NCBI GenBank assembly: GCA_027483065.1 | Contig: JAIXVI010000304.1 | Coordinates: 1-58,139 of the forward strand | Direction: 5' to 3' | DNA: 58,139 nt | From: Planctomycetaceae bacterium | GTDB taxonomy: Bacteria > Planctomycetota > Phycisphaerae > Phycisphaerales > SM1A02 | In this document: piece by piece, positions 36,037 to 43,828 of the stretch | Layout of the letters: each line of letters starts with the position of its first letter | Numbering within the stretch: position 1 is the stretch's first letter | Notes under the pieces: generated by a model | What the model saw: the letters and a program-made list of their open reading frames with translations, nothing else | The model's database searches: none | What the model was told of the DNA's origin: nothing | Translations under genes and position numbers: made by a program

Positions 36037-37275
36037 ATGGCAGTCAAACTGCCCATCTACATGGATAACGCCGCCACGACCCGCACCGATCCTCGGGCTG
36101 TCGAAGCGATGCTGCCGTATTTCACTGAGAAGTTCGGGAACTCTGCCAGTCGCAACCACAAGTTCGGCTGGGAGGGCGAAGACGCCGTCGATCTCGCGCG
36201 TGAGCAAGCCGCTGCGCTGATCGGCGCGAGCCCGAAGGAAATCGTGTGGACGAGCGGCTCGACCGAGTCGAACAACCTCGCGATCAAGGGCGCTGCGCGC
36301 ATGTACGCGAAGGGCCCCGAAGGCACGAAGAACCGCGGCCACATCATCGCGGCCGCGCACGAGCACAAGGCTGTGCTCGACCCGTGCAAGCGACTGCAGA
36401 ACGAAGGCTTCGACGTCACGTTCCTCCAGCCGCCAGCGGACGGCGTGATTACGCGCGCGATGGTTGCGGAAGCGATGCGTGACGACACGATCCTCGTGTC
36501 GATCATGTGGGGCAACAACGAAATCGGCACGATCAACGAAGTGCCTGAAATCGGCGCGCTTTGCCATGAACGTGGCGCGATCTTCCACACCGATGCGACG
36601 CAATGGGTTGGCAAGATGCCGACTGATGTCGAGCGCGACCACATCGACCTGATGTCGTGGTCTGGCCACAAGATGTACGGCCCGAAGGGCGTTGGCGCGT
36701 TGTACGTGCGACGTCGCAATCCGCGCGTCCGATTGGAAGCGATCCAGGACGGCGGCGGCCACGAGCGCGGCATGCGCTCGGGCACGCTGAACGTCACCGG
36801 CATCGTCGGCTTCGGCAAAGCATGCGAGCTCGCGATGCATGAGATGGAAACCGAACGCGAGCGTTTGCTTGGTTTGCGCCGCAAACTCGAGCGCGAACTT
36901 TCGTCGCGACTCGAAGTCGTTCAGGTGAACGGCCACGCAGAGCGCCGTCTCCCGCACATCCTCAACATCAGCTTCGGCTACGTCGAAGGCGAGTCGTTGC
37001 TGATGGGCATCAAGGACATCGCATGCTCGTCGGGTTCGGCCTGCACCAGCGCGAGCCTTGAGCCGAGTTACGTGCTCAAGAGCCTCGGCGTCGGCGACGA
37101 ACTCGCGCACTCAAGCCTCCGTCTTTCGCTCGGCCGTTGGTCGACGGAAGAAGAGGTTGATTACGCGGTCGACGCGATCGTGAAGGCAGTGAACCACCTG
37201 CGCACGATGAGTCCGCTGTGGGATCTCTACAAGGAAGGGATCGACGTCAGCAAGATCGAGTGGCAAACGCACTAG
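36037..37275 (+). CDS. iscS: Cysteine desulfurase IscS/NifS
   Basis: [23 protein letters not shown] (PLP lysine) and SSGSACTS (active-site Cys loop). AGGAG lies 8 nt upstream of the ATG at 36037. Confidence 0.9.
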   Translation: MAVKLPIYMDNAATTRTDPRAVEAMLPYFTEKFGNSASRNHKFGWEGEDAVDLAREQAAALIGASPKEIVWTSGSTESNNLAIKGAARMYAKGPEGTKNRGHIIAAAHEHKAVLDPCKRLQNEGFDVTFLQPPADGVITRAMVAEAMRDDTILVSIMWGNNEIGTINEVPEIGALCHERGAIFHTDATQWVGKMPTDVERDHIDLMSWSGHKMYGPKGVGALYVRRRNPRVRLEAIQDGGGHERGMRSGTLNVTGIVGFGKACELAMHEMETERERLLGLRRKLERELSSRLEVVQVNGHAERRLPHILNISFGYVEGESLLMGIKDIACSSGSACTSASLEPSYVLKSLGVGDELAHSSLRLSLGRWSTEEEVDYAVDAIVKAVNHLRTMSPLWDLYKEGIDVSKIEWQTH

Positions 37276-37280
37276 CCTTT

Positions 37281-37448
37281 ACGGATCCGGAAATGGACTT
37301 TCCGGATCCTGGATGTACGGACCCGGAAAAGGACTTTCCGGATCCTGGGGTTCCGGATCCTGGATGTACGGACCCGGAAAAGGACTTTCCGGATCCTGGG
37401 GTTTCGGATCCTGAATGTACGGACCCGGCGAAGTACTCGCCGGGCCCT
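37281..37448. repeat. ~51-nt tandem repeat (about 3.5 units), each unit carrying a perfect or near-perfect hairpin
   Basis: Direct reading. Hairpins are at 37283-37309 (ggatccggaaa/tttccggatcc), 37319-37345, 37370-37396 and 37424-37444 (cccggcga/tcgccggg). Confidence 0.9.
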
Positions 37449-37507
37449 GAGCAAGACAAGCAACGCAACACTTCGCGCGAGAAACGCGCTCTGAAAGGAA
37501 CACCACC

Positions 37508-37939
37508 ATGGCCTACAGCGACAAGGTCATCGACCATTACCAGCACCCACGCAACGTCGGCAGTTTCGGTACTTCGAAAGAAGTGGCGACGCGCAAAGAC
37601 GTCGGCGTCGGCATCGTTGGCGCGCCGGAGTGCGGCGACGTCATGCAACTCCAAATCAAAGTCAGCGACACGGGCGTGATCGAAGACGCGAAGTTCAAGT
37701 GCTTCGGTTGCGGCTCGGCGATTGCTTCGAGTTCGCTCGCGACCGAGTGGATCAAGGGCAAGTCGATCGACGAGGCCCTCGCGATCAAGAACACGCAAAT
37801 CGTCGAGGAACTCAGCCTTCCTCCGGTGAAGATTCACTGCTCGGTGCTCGCGGAAGATTCGATCCGCAGCGCCATCGCGGACTACAAGAAGAAGAACGGC
37901 GTTGCTGCGGAAACTGCAGCGACGGCGAGCGCCCACTGA
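37508..37939 (+). CDS. iscU: Fe-S cluster assembly scaffold IscU
   Basis: MAYSDKVIDHYQHPRNVGSF, GAPECGDVM, FKCFGCGSAIASSS and KIHCSVLAEDSI carry the three conserved Cys. Confidence 0.9.
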   Translation: MAYSDKVIDHYQHPRNVGSFGTSKEVATRKDVGVGIVGAPECGDVMQLQIKVSDTGVIEDAKFKCFGCGSAIASSSLATEWIKGKSIDEALAIKNTQIVEELSLPPVKIHCSVLAEDSIRSAIADYKKKNGVAAETAATASAH

Positions 37940-37958
37940 GTTGGGAAAGGAACACGAA

Positions 37959-38391
37959 TATGCCAGTCACAGTCACTGAAACTGCCGCACGTCGTATTGA
38001 TCAGATCATCGCTGAACACGGCTTCGATGCAGCCACCATGAAGCTTCGCGTGGGTGTGAAGGGCGGAGGTTGCTCCGGCTTCAACTACACCCTCGACCTC
38101 ACCGAAGTCCAGAAGGACTCGGATGAGGCTTGGACGTTCACCTACGCGCGTACGCCGCGCGTTTCTGCCGCGGCTCTCGGCGAATCCGGATCGGACTCGT
38201 CTGGCGGAACGGCAACCGCAACGGCCACCGACGACAATTTCTCGGTGACGATCGTCTGCGATCCAAAGAGCTATCTCTATCTCAACGGCACCGTGATCGA
38301 CTACAAGGACGAAATCATGGGCTCGGGCTTTGTGTTCAACAACCCGAACTCGACGTCGACCTGCGGTTGCGGTTCGAGCTTTAGCGCCTGA
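37959..38391 (+). CDS. A-type Fe-S carrier (IscA/HesB family) with an internal insertion
   Basis: LRVGVKGGGCSGFNY and the C-terminal NPNSTSTCGCGSSF (CGCG motif). Confidence 0.85.
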
Positions 38392-38398
38392 TTTGTGT

Positions 38399-38450
38399 GA
38401 GGGCGAGAGGGTGCGCGTTTGTCGCCGCCCTCTCGCCCTCATCTTTTTTT
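38399..38450 (+). terminator. Rho-independent terminator of the isc operon
   Basis: 13-bp stem gagggcgagaggg / ccctctcgccctc followed by a t-run (38444-38450). Confidence 0.75.
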
Positions 38451-38475
38451 GGGCCATCACGGCGCGCCGAATGCA

Positions 38476-38539
38476 CGCGACAAAATTTTCCCGCGACAAC
38501 GTTTTCCCGCGACAACGGTTTCCCGCGACAACGTTGAGC
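38476..38539. repeat. 16-nt tandem array x4 (cgcgacaacgttttcc)
   Basis: Direct reading. Confidence 0.9.
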
Positions 38540-38680
38540 GTTGGCGTCGTTCCGAGTAACTCGGGAGTGACGATGCTGACCGATGAGGCGCATCGAACAG
38601 CTGTGGAGCGTGTTTTGCCCGGGGAAACTCGTCGCATACACGCGCGAATCACCGCGCGGGCGAGACGTCGTTTGGGCAGT

Positions 38681-39280
38681 TCAAGCACTCGCGCGGAGTG
38701 GCATGCGCATCGCGGCGTACGCGAGTCGAGCCCATTCAGAAGGCAAACCGGCGGCGGCAGCAGCGAGACGAGCGTCTGCTTCCTTCATCGTTTCCGACAC
38801 GAGGAGTCGCCGTCGATACACGATGGAACTTGCTTCGAGGATCGCGAGTGACAACGCCGCGAGTTCTCGTTCGCCCGGATTGCCAGACTCCCGCATGGCC
38901 TCACACGCGATGAGCGCGAGCGTGTAATCCTCGTCGGAGGCAGCGCCATCGTGAAAGAGTTCAACCGGCGAGCCTGGCGCGGAGAGCGGGCCCGATTCAA
39001 TCGAAGTTCGCGTGGGCAACAACCCGTCGCGGCGGCGCGAACGATCCAACACTCGACTGAGGAGTGGATCGGTCTCATCTCCAAGCGAGAGCAGCAAGCG
39101 CATGCAGTCTTGCGATGCTGGCGCCTGAATCGCTTTGGAGGCGACCTCGGAAATGTGATTCTTGATTTCGTTCATGACGTGACTCAAAGACAACTCTTGA
39201 GCCGATCCTCTTGCTTTCCCAGGTTGCGCAACGGTTTCAGTCGTCGCGATCTTTTCACCCGGCTTGTCCGTCGCACTCAT
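38681..39280 (-). CDS. Hypothetical cytoplasmic protein, translationally coupled to the upstream sigma-like gene
   Basis: ATGA start/stop overlap with the upstream ORF at 39277-39280. Codon usage looks coding. No TM segment or recognisable motif. Confidence 0.5.
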   Translation of the reverse strand: MSATDKPGEKIATTETVAQPGKARGSAQELSLSHVMNEIKNHISEVASKAIQAPASQDCMRLLLSLGDETDPLLSRVLDRSRRRDGLLPTRTSIESGPLSAPGSPVELFHDGAASDEDYTLALIACEAMRESGNPGERELAALSLAILEASSIVYRRRLLVSETMKEADARLAAAAAGLPSEWARLAYAAMRMPLRASA

Positions 39281-39996
39281 CCCGGCCGCAAGGCCTTCAT
39301 GAGTCGAGCGATCTCATCATCCAATTCCTCTTCCGTCGCTCCATCCTTGAGGAGGAGATCGACCACGGCTTGTCGGAAGCGAATCGATGCAGTTCGCACC
39401 ATGCTCGCGCTCTGACCGCCAGTCACACTGAATTCCGTCGCCAAGTCCGCGTACGACACTCCCTGAATGAAGTGCCGCTCGAACATCTGCCAGTGCGGAT
39501 CGAAGCCTTCCTGCGCGCAGCGCTCACGCGCGGCGGTCGCGGCGGAACGCACCATGGACGCGGCCCAAATGCGATCGAACTCCTCGACGGCCGTCTGAGC
39601 GTTCGAGGCGGGTTCGTCCACCGCAGAACTCGGCATCGCTTCCGTACGCTCAGACTTTCGGCGTCGGAGCTCTTCTTGCAAGAAGAAGAGGAAGCCGTTG
39701 ATCAGCCAGCGGCGGAGCGGCAGATTGCTCTCGATCCAACGCTCGAAGTACGCGGGTTGCCCAAGTCGCGAGGCGAAGAACCCGGACACAAGGTCCGCGG
39801 GGGTGCCGAGCGAGCGGAAGCTCGATCCGGCGACGTAGTTCCCGAGAGGTTCTGCGTAAGTCTGCATGACGTAGGCATTGATTCGTGCCAAGCCGTCCGC
39901 ACCCTGGGCCAATTGCGCAACGAGCCAACCCCGCTGGGTTGCGGGAAAGGAGTCGCGTTTTGATGCCTGGGTGCTTCGTGCTTTCGTGTCGCTCAT
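39277..39996 (-). CDS. Divergent ECF-like sigma-70 family protein
   Basis: DLVSGFFASRL...PLRRWLINGFLFFLQEELRRR resembles region 2. GVSYADLATEFSVTGGQSASMVRTASIRFRQAV resembles the region 4 HTH. Start set at ATG 39996, because the longer ORF overlaps the upstream peptidase gene. Confidence 0.45.
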   Translation of the reverse strand: MSDTKARSTQASKRDSFPATQRGWLVAQLAQGADGLARINAYVMQTYAEPLGNYVAGSSFRSLGTPADLVSGFFASRLGQPAYFERWIESNLPLRRWLINGFLFFLQEELRRRKSERTEAMPSSAVDEPASNAQTAVEEFDRIWAASMVRSAATAARERCAQEGFDPHWQMFERHFIQGVSYADLATEFSVTGGQSASMVRTASIRFRQAVVDLLLKDGATEEELDDEIARLMKALRPG

Positions 39997-40201
39997 AGAG
40001 GGGTCCGATCTTCCCTGCCTCGCACGCAAAGCGCCGCTGGGCAACGCGCGAGGTGGGGAACTATCGGCAAGCGAACGAACCTTGTTCGCAACCTCCATGC
40101 GAGAAGAGCAAGAGCAGCGAAGTTTCTGCGAACCAACTCCCGCCATTTTCAGGAGTTGTTGGACTTTCCCCGAGAGCAAGCCCTGGGAGCAAGCCCCGAG
40201 A

Positions 40202-42184
40202 TCAGCCGAGAAGCGCAAGTCCTGCGGATGCGTCTGCGGCCAGTGGCGCCGCCGAGACCGGCCCGCCAACAGCCTTGCGCATCCAGAGGTCAGGCGTGAG
40301 GCAGCCGAGGCTTGTGATGCGCTTGGTCTCGCCCGCGAGGTCCTTGCCACGCATATAGGACCTGATCTGATGGCTCATCATGTGCCCGAGGGTGTAGTCG
40401 GGCAGGTAGAGCGGGTGGGCGATCATGTGCTGGTAGGCGGCGAGGATTCGATAGGGGTCTTGGCCGAAGTCCCGTTCGTAGAACCGCTTCCAGAGGTCCT
40501 CGGCGATGCGCAGCACTTCGGTGCGCAGCGCAGCCGGCGTCGCCGTCGGGTTCGCGTAGAGCCAACGCCAAGTGCGCAGTTCGAGGAGCGATGGGCCTGC
40601 GATCTGGCACGCTGAGAGCATCGTTGCGACGGAGTCGACGGCGAACTGTCGATCGGCCGCTGCGGCATCCTCGAGGCCGAGGACGCGCTTTGCGAGCGAC
40701 TGGTAGAGGAATGCGAACGCCTCGGTGCACGCCGTATTCGGCACGCCGCGCAGCGCGGGGCGCGAGACGAAATAGGTCGAGCAGAGTTGCTCGAGGTTGT
40801 GGCCGAGTTCGTGCATCGCGGTGTCGAAGCCGTCCCAGCCGAGTTCGTTCTCGAGACTCGACGTGCGAAGCCACGCGCCGTAGCCCTCGAGGTACGGCCG
40901 CATCGCGTGACCGGCACCCTTGCAAACCTCGGCGCGGACATGCGAACCAAGGAAGTCGGCGTCCTTCGCGTCGAAACCGAGTTCGCGCAGCACCGTTGGG
41001 AGTTTGCGTTCGAAGTCCTTGATGTCCGTGAAACGTGCCTTCACGGCCGCGTTCATCTCGGTCGCTGGCTTTGCCTCGACGACATCGTCGAAGTAGATGT
41101 CGAACGGCTCAAGCGCGCGGCCAAGCTTCTTCGACATGAACGCTGCCAAGTCGCGGCGCACAGGTGCGTCGAGGAGGTCGGTCATGAGCTTCTCGACCTC
41201 GGCCTCTGGCATCTCGCGCTCAAGCGCGAACTTGCGCGCAATCGCAGTCGGTTCATCGGGGTAGAGCGGATCGAACTCGCGCGCCATGCGGAAGTTCGCA
41301 ATCCAGTGTTCGTAGCGCTCGAGACCGAGCAGATCACCCGGATCGCCGTCGGAAACCGTGTTTTTCTCGGGGTTCCAGTCGCGTTTCTCTTCGCCCGACA
41401 TCACGCGCTTTGGAATAGAGCCATCGATATGACGCGCCATCACCCACGAGAGCGCACGCTGCTTGAAGACGCCGTCTGGGTCACCGTAGCCCGCCTTGAT
41501 CTCCTCGCGAACGAGCCAGTGCGCGATGAGTTTGCGATCGGCTTCGAACCAGCGCTTGCCGTTTGCGTCGACGAGCCCGCCGACCGGCACGTGGAAATCG
41601 GCAACGAACTTGCCCGACTCGAAGGAGGTCTTGCGCGCGCGATCCGCGAGCTCAACCGGAATGCGCGGCCCGAAATTGTGCGCAACGCGTGCGGCTGCCC
41701 AATCGGCATCACTCCACGACGTGCCCTGTTCGAGCATCTTGGCGAGTGTCGGCCGCTCGAAGTTGAGGAGCGCGAGGTGCGCGATCTTCTGCTTGTAGAG
41801 TTGCTCTGAGAGATCGGGTGCCGGGTCAAACTGTGCGAGGATGTCATCGACGCCGGGGAACTCGTCGCCGCGAAGATCGTGATGTCGTCGCAGTGTGCGG
41901 CGCATCTCGTAGAGGTGGCCGTCGATTTGCTCGAGCGCCTTCTCAAGCCGCGCAAGCAGGCGCGTGCGTTCCGCCGTGTCCGACACGAAGTGCGTGGCGC
42001 AGAACGCTTCAAACGCGGCGCTGTCGCCGTCCTTCGCGCTCCACCGCGATGCGACGCGCGCGACGCCCTGTTCGATCGCTGTGCGGTTTTGCTCGCCGTG
42101 CGAGGCGACCAATGCGGCGACGGCGCGCGAGGTGCTTTCGGTGAGGTTGAACGGAGCGGCTGCTTCAGCTGTGGCGGGTGTCAT
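40202..42184 (-). CDS. HExxH zinc metallopeptidase (gluzincin, M3/M2-like fold)
   Basis: AMHELGHNLEQ zinc motif in a ~660-aa soluble protein with no signal peptide. The exact family was not determined. Confidence 0.6.
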   Translation of the reverse strand: MTPATAEAAAPFNLTESTSRAVAALVASHGEQNRTAIEQGVARVASRWSAKDGDSAAFEAFCATHFVSDTAERTRLLARLEKALEQIDGHLYEMRRTLRRHHDLRGDEFPGVDDILAQFDPAPDLSEQLYKQKIAHLALLNFERPTLAKMLEQGTSWSDADWAAARVAHNFGPRIPVELADRARKTSFESGKFVADFHVPVGGLVDANGKRWFEADRKLIAHWLVREEIKAGYGDPDGVFKQRALSWVMARHIDGSIPKRVMSGEEKRDWNPEKNTVSDGDPGDLLGLERYEHWIANFRMAREFDPLYPDEPTAIARKFALEREMPEAEVEKLMTDLLDAPVRRDLAAFMSKKLGRALEPFDIYFDDVVEAKPATEMNAAVKARFTDIKDFERKLPTVLRELGFDAKDADFLGSHVRAEVCKGAGHAMRPYLEGYGAWLRTSSLENELGWDGFDTAMHELGHNLEQLCSTYFVSRPALRGVPNTACTEAFAFLYQSLAKRVLGLEDAAAADRQFAVDSVATMLSACQIAGPSLLELRTWRWLYANPTATPAALRTEVLRIAEDLWKRFYERDFGQDPYRILAAYQHMIAHPLYLPDYTLGHMMSHQIRSYMRGKDLAGETKRITSLGCLTPDLWMRKAVGGPVSAAPLAADASAGLALLG

Positions 42185-42405
42185 GGATATTCAGTTTTCT
42201 TCAGTGCTCTTCAATCTTCGATTGCGGCACTGATCGTCGTTGGATCGTCATTGGATCATGGGCGGACGTGCACCGACGTTCGGGTTTGAGCAATCCGCAT
42301 CGAGAGCGCGAAGGGGATCATAAGCCGCGATGGAGCTTTGCTGTTCGACCGCAGAACAAGCGCACACCGCTTGTCGGCCGACGCGGAAGCGGCGAGGATA
42401 GACCG

Positions 42406-42903
42406 ATGCCTCGTTTGTCGTCCCGTGTTTGTTCGGTGTGGTTCTGCGTTGTATCGCATCTCGCTGCGTCACTTTCGGCGGCGTCACTTCCCGTAGCACC
42501 GGTTCTTGTTGCGCCCCTTCTTGCGCCTGTTGTCGCGTCCATTCTTGTTTCGTTCGGTCTTCTGTCTTGCGCATCACAGCAAGTCGTCGATGGCTTCGCG
42601 CGCATCAAGCCCGGCATGACCAAGGACGAAGTGATCGAAATCCTCGGGCAGCCGAGTTCGACGTGGGCACTCTCAACGAAACTCGACGGGGTGCAAGGCA
42701 CACGCCTCCAATGGGGCGATGGTCTTTCGAGCCTCGCGTCGAGCGCGGCGTTTCGCGGCGATCCAGATCGCGCGTACTCGGTCGTCTTCGATGAGAAGGG
42801 GATCGTGCTTTCGAAGGCTCTGCCGCGCTGGACCGAGGACGAGGCCGCTGAAGAAGAGATCCTTCGCGAGCGCCGCATCGAACGTGACAATGAAGTGGAA
42901 TGA
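42406..42903 (+). CDS. SmpA/OmlA (BamE-like) domain lipoprotein
   Basis: Hydrophobic leader ending LLSC, then IKPGMTKDEVIEILGQPSS, typical of the BamE/SmpA_OmlA domain. Start set at ATG 42406. Confidence 0.6.
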   Translation: MPRLSSRVCSVWFCVVSHLAASLSAASLPVAPVLVAPLLAPVVASILVSFGLLSCASQQVVDGFARIKPGMTKDEVIEILGQPSSTWALSTKLDGVQGTRLQWGDGLSSLASSAAFRGDPDRAYSVVFDEKGIVLSKALPRWTEDEAAEEEILRERRIERDNEVE

Positions 42904-42957
42904 CGTGCGCTTCAAACTGCGCTTGGGCAAACTTGGACTCGCGTACGACTGGGATAC

Positions 42958-43743
42958 TCAGGACTTCGAGCGGGTGACGACGCCCGCCACAGCCTTCGCC
43001 CACGTTTCGTAGGCAGCAGGTGAGAGGTGCAGCGCGTCGGGCATCACGTCCTTCGAGATCGATCCATCGGGTGAGACGAATGCATCGCCGATCGCGTGGA
43101 TCGCCAGAGGAGTACGTGCGCTTGCGCGGCCCTTCGCGGTGATCGCGCTATTCGCGACCGGCACCCACGCGCGCAGCGCTTGGTTGATCTGCAGGACATC
43201 GCCGCGCATCGCATTGAACTTCTCGCCGCGCGGGAAGATCTCAATGATGTGAATGGTTGCATCGGGGCATTGCGCGACGAGCAGCTCCGCGACCGCTTGA
43301 ACACCTGCGAGCGTTTCCGCTGCGTTGCTCGTGCCGTGGCCGAGGTTGTTCGTTCCGATGAGCAAGAAGACGTGCTCCGGCGCGAGTCGCGTGAGCGGCG
43401 CTTGCGCAAGGCGATACAGCACGTTTTCGGTGCGATCGCCAGAGTTCCCGAGGTTGACCGCGCCGATCGGTGCGATGAACTTCTCCCACGCAGCCTTCCC
43501 TGGGTCTTCCCATGCTTGCGTGATCGAGTCGCCAACGAAGACGATCTTCGCAGGCGCCGACTCTTTCGCGCGGCGGATGCACTCCTTCTCGCGCGCGATC
43601 GCCCACTCATCCGTTCGCGGCGCGGGGACAAGCGAACTTGGCGGTGCACCAAGCGTGCTCGATGAACTCGGCGCGCTGAAACCGCACGCAAAGAGGAGTG
43701 AGCCAGCGAGTGACGCAGCGAAGGCGATTTGCAGGAGATTCAT
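42958..43743 (-). CDS. SGNH/GDSL hydrolase (secreted)
   Basis: VFVGDSITQAW (block I GDS), NLGNSGDR (block II), IGTNNLG (block III) and DALHLS (block V). A leader peptide follows the ATG at 43743. Confidence 0.8.
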   Translation of the reverse strand: MNLLQIAFAASLAGSLLFACGFSAPSSSSTLGAPPSSLVPAPRTDEWAIAREKECIRRAKESAPAKIVFVGDSITQAWEDPGKAAWEKFIAPIGAVNLGNSGDRTENVLYRLAQAPLTRLAPEHVFLLIGTNNLGHGTSNAAETLAGVQAVAELLVAQCPDATIHIIEIFPRGEKFNAMRGDVLQINQALRAWVPVANSAITAKGRASARTPLAIHAIGDAFVSPDGSISKDVMPDALHLSPAAYETWAKAVAGVVTRSKS

Positions 43744-43828
43744 GCCGGGATCGTAAAAAGAACCGCGCCCGTGTGGTTTGCACACGGGCGCGGCTTGGTC
43801 AATCTCGAGAAGTTCTCTGCTCAGCGCA

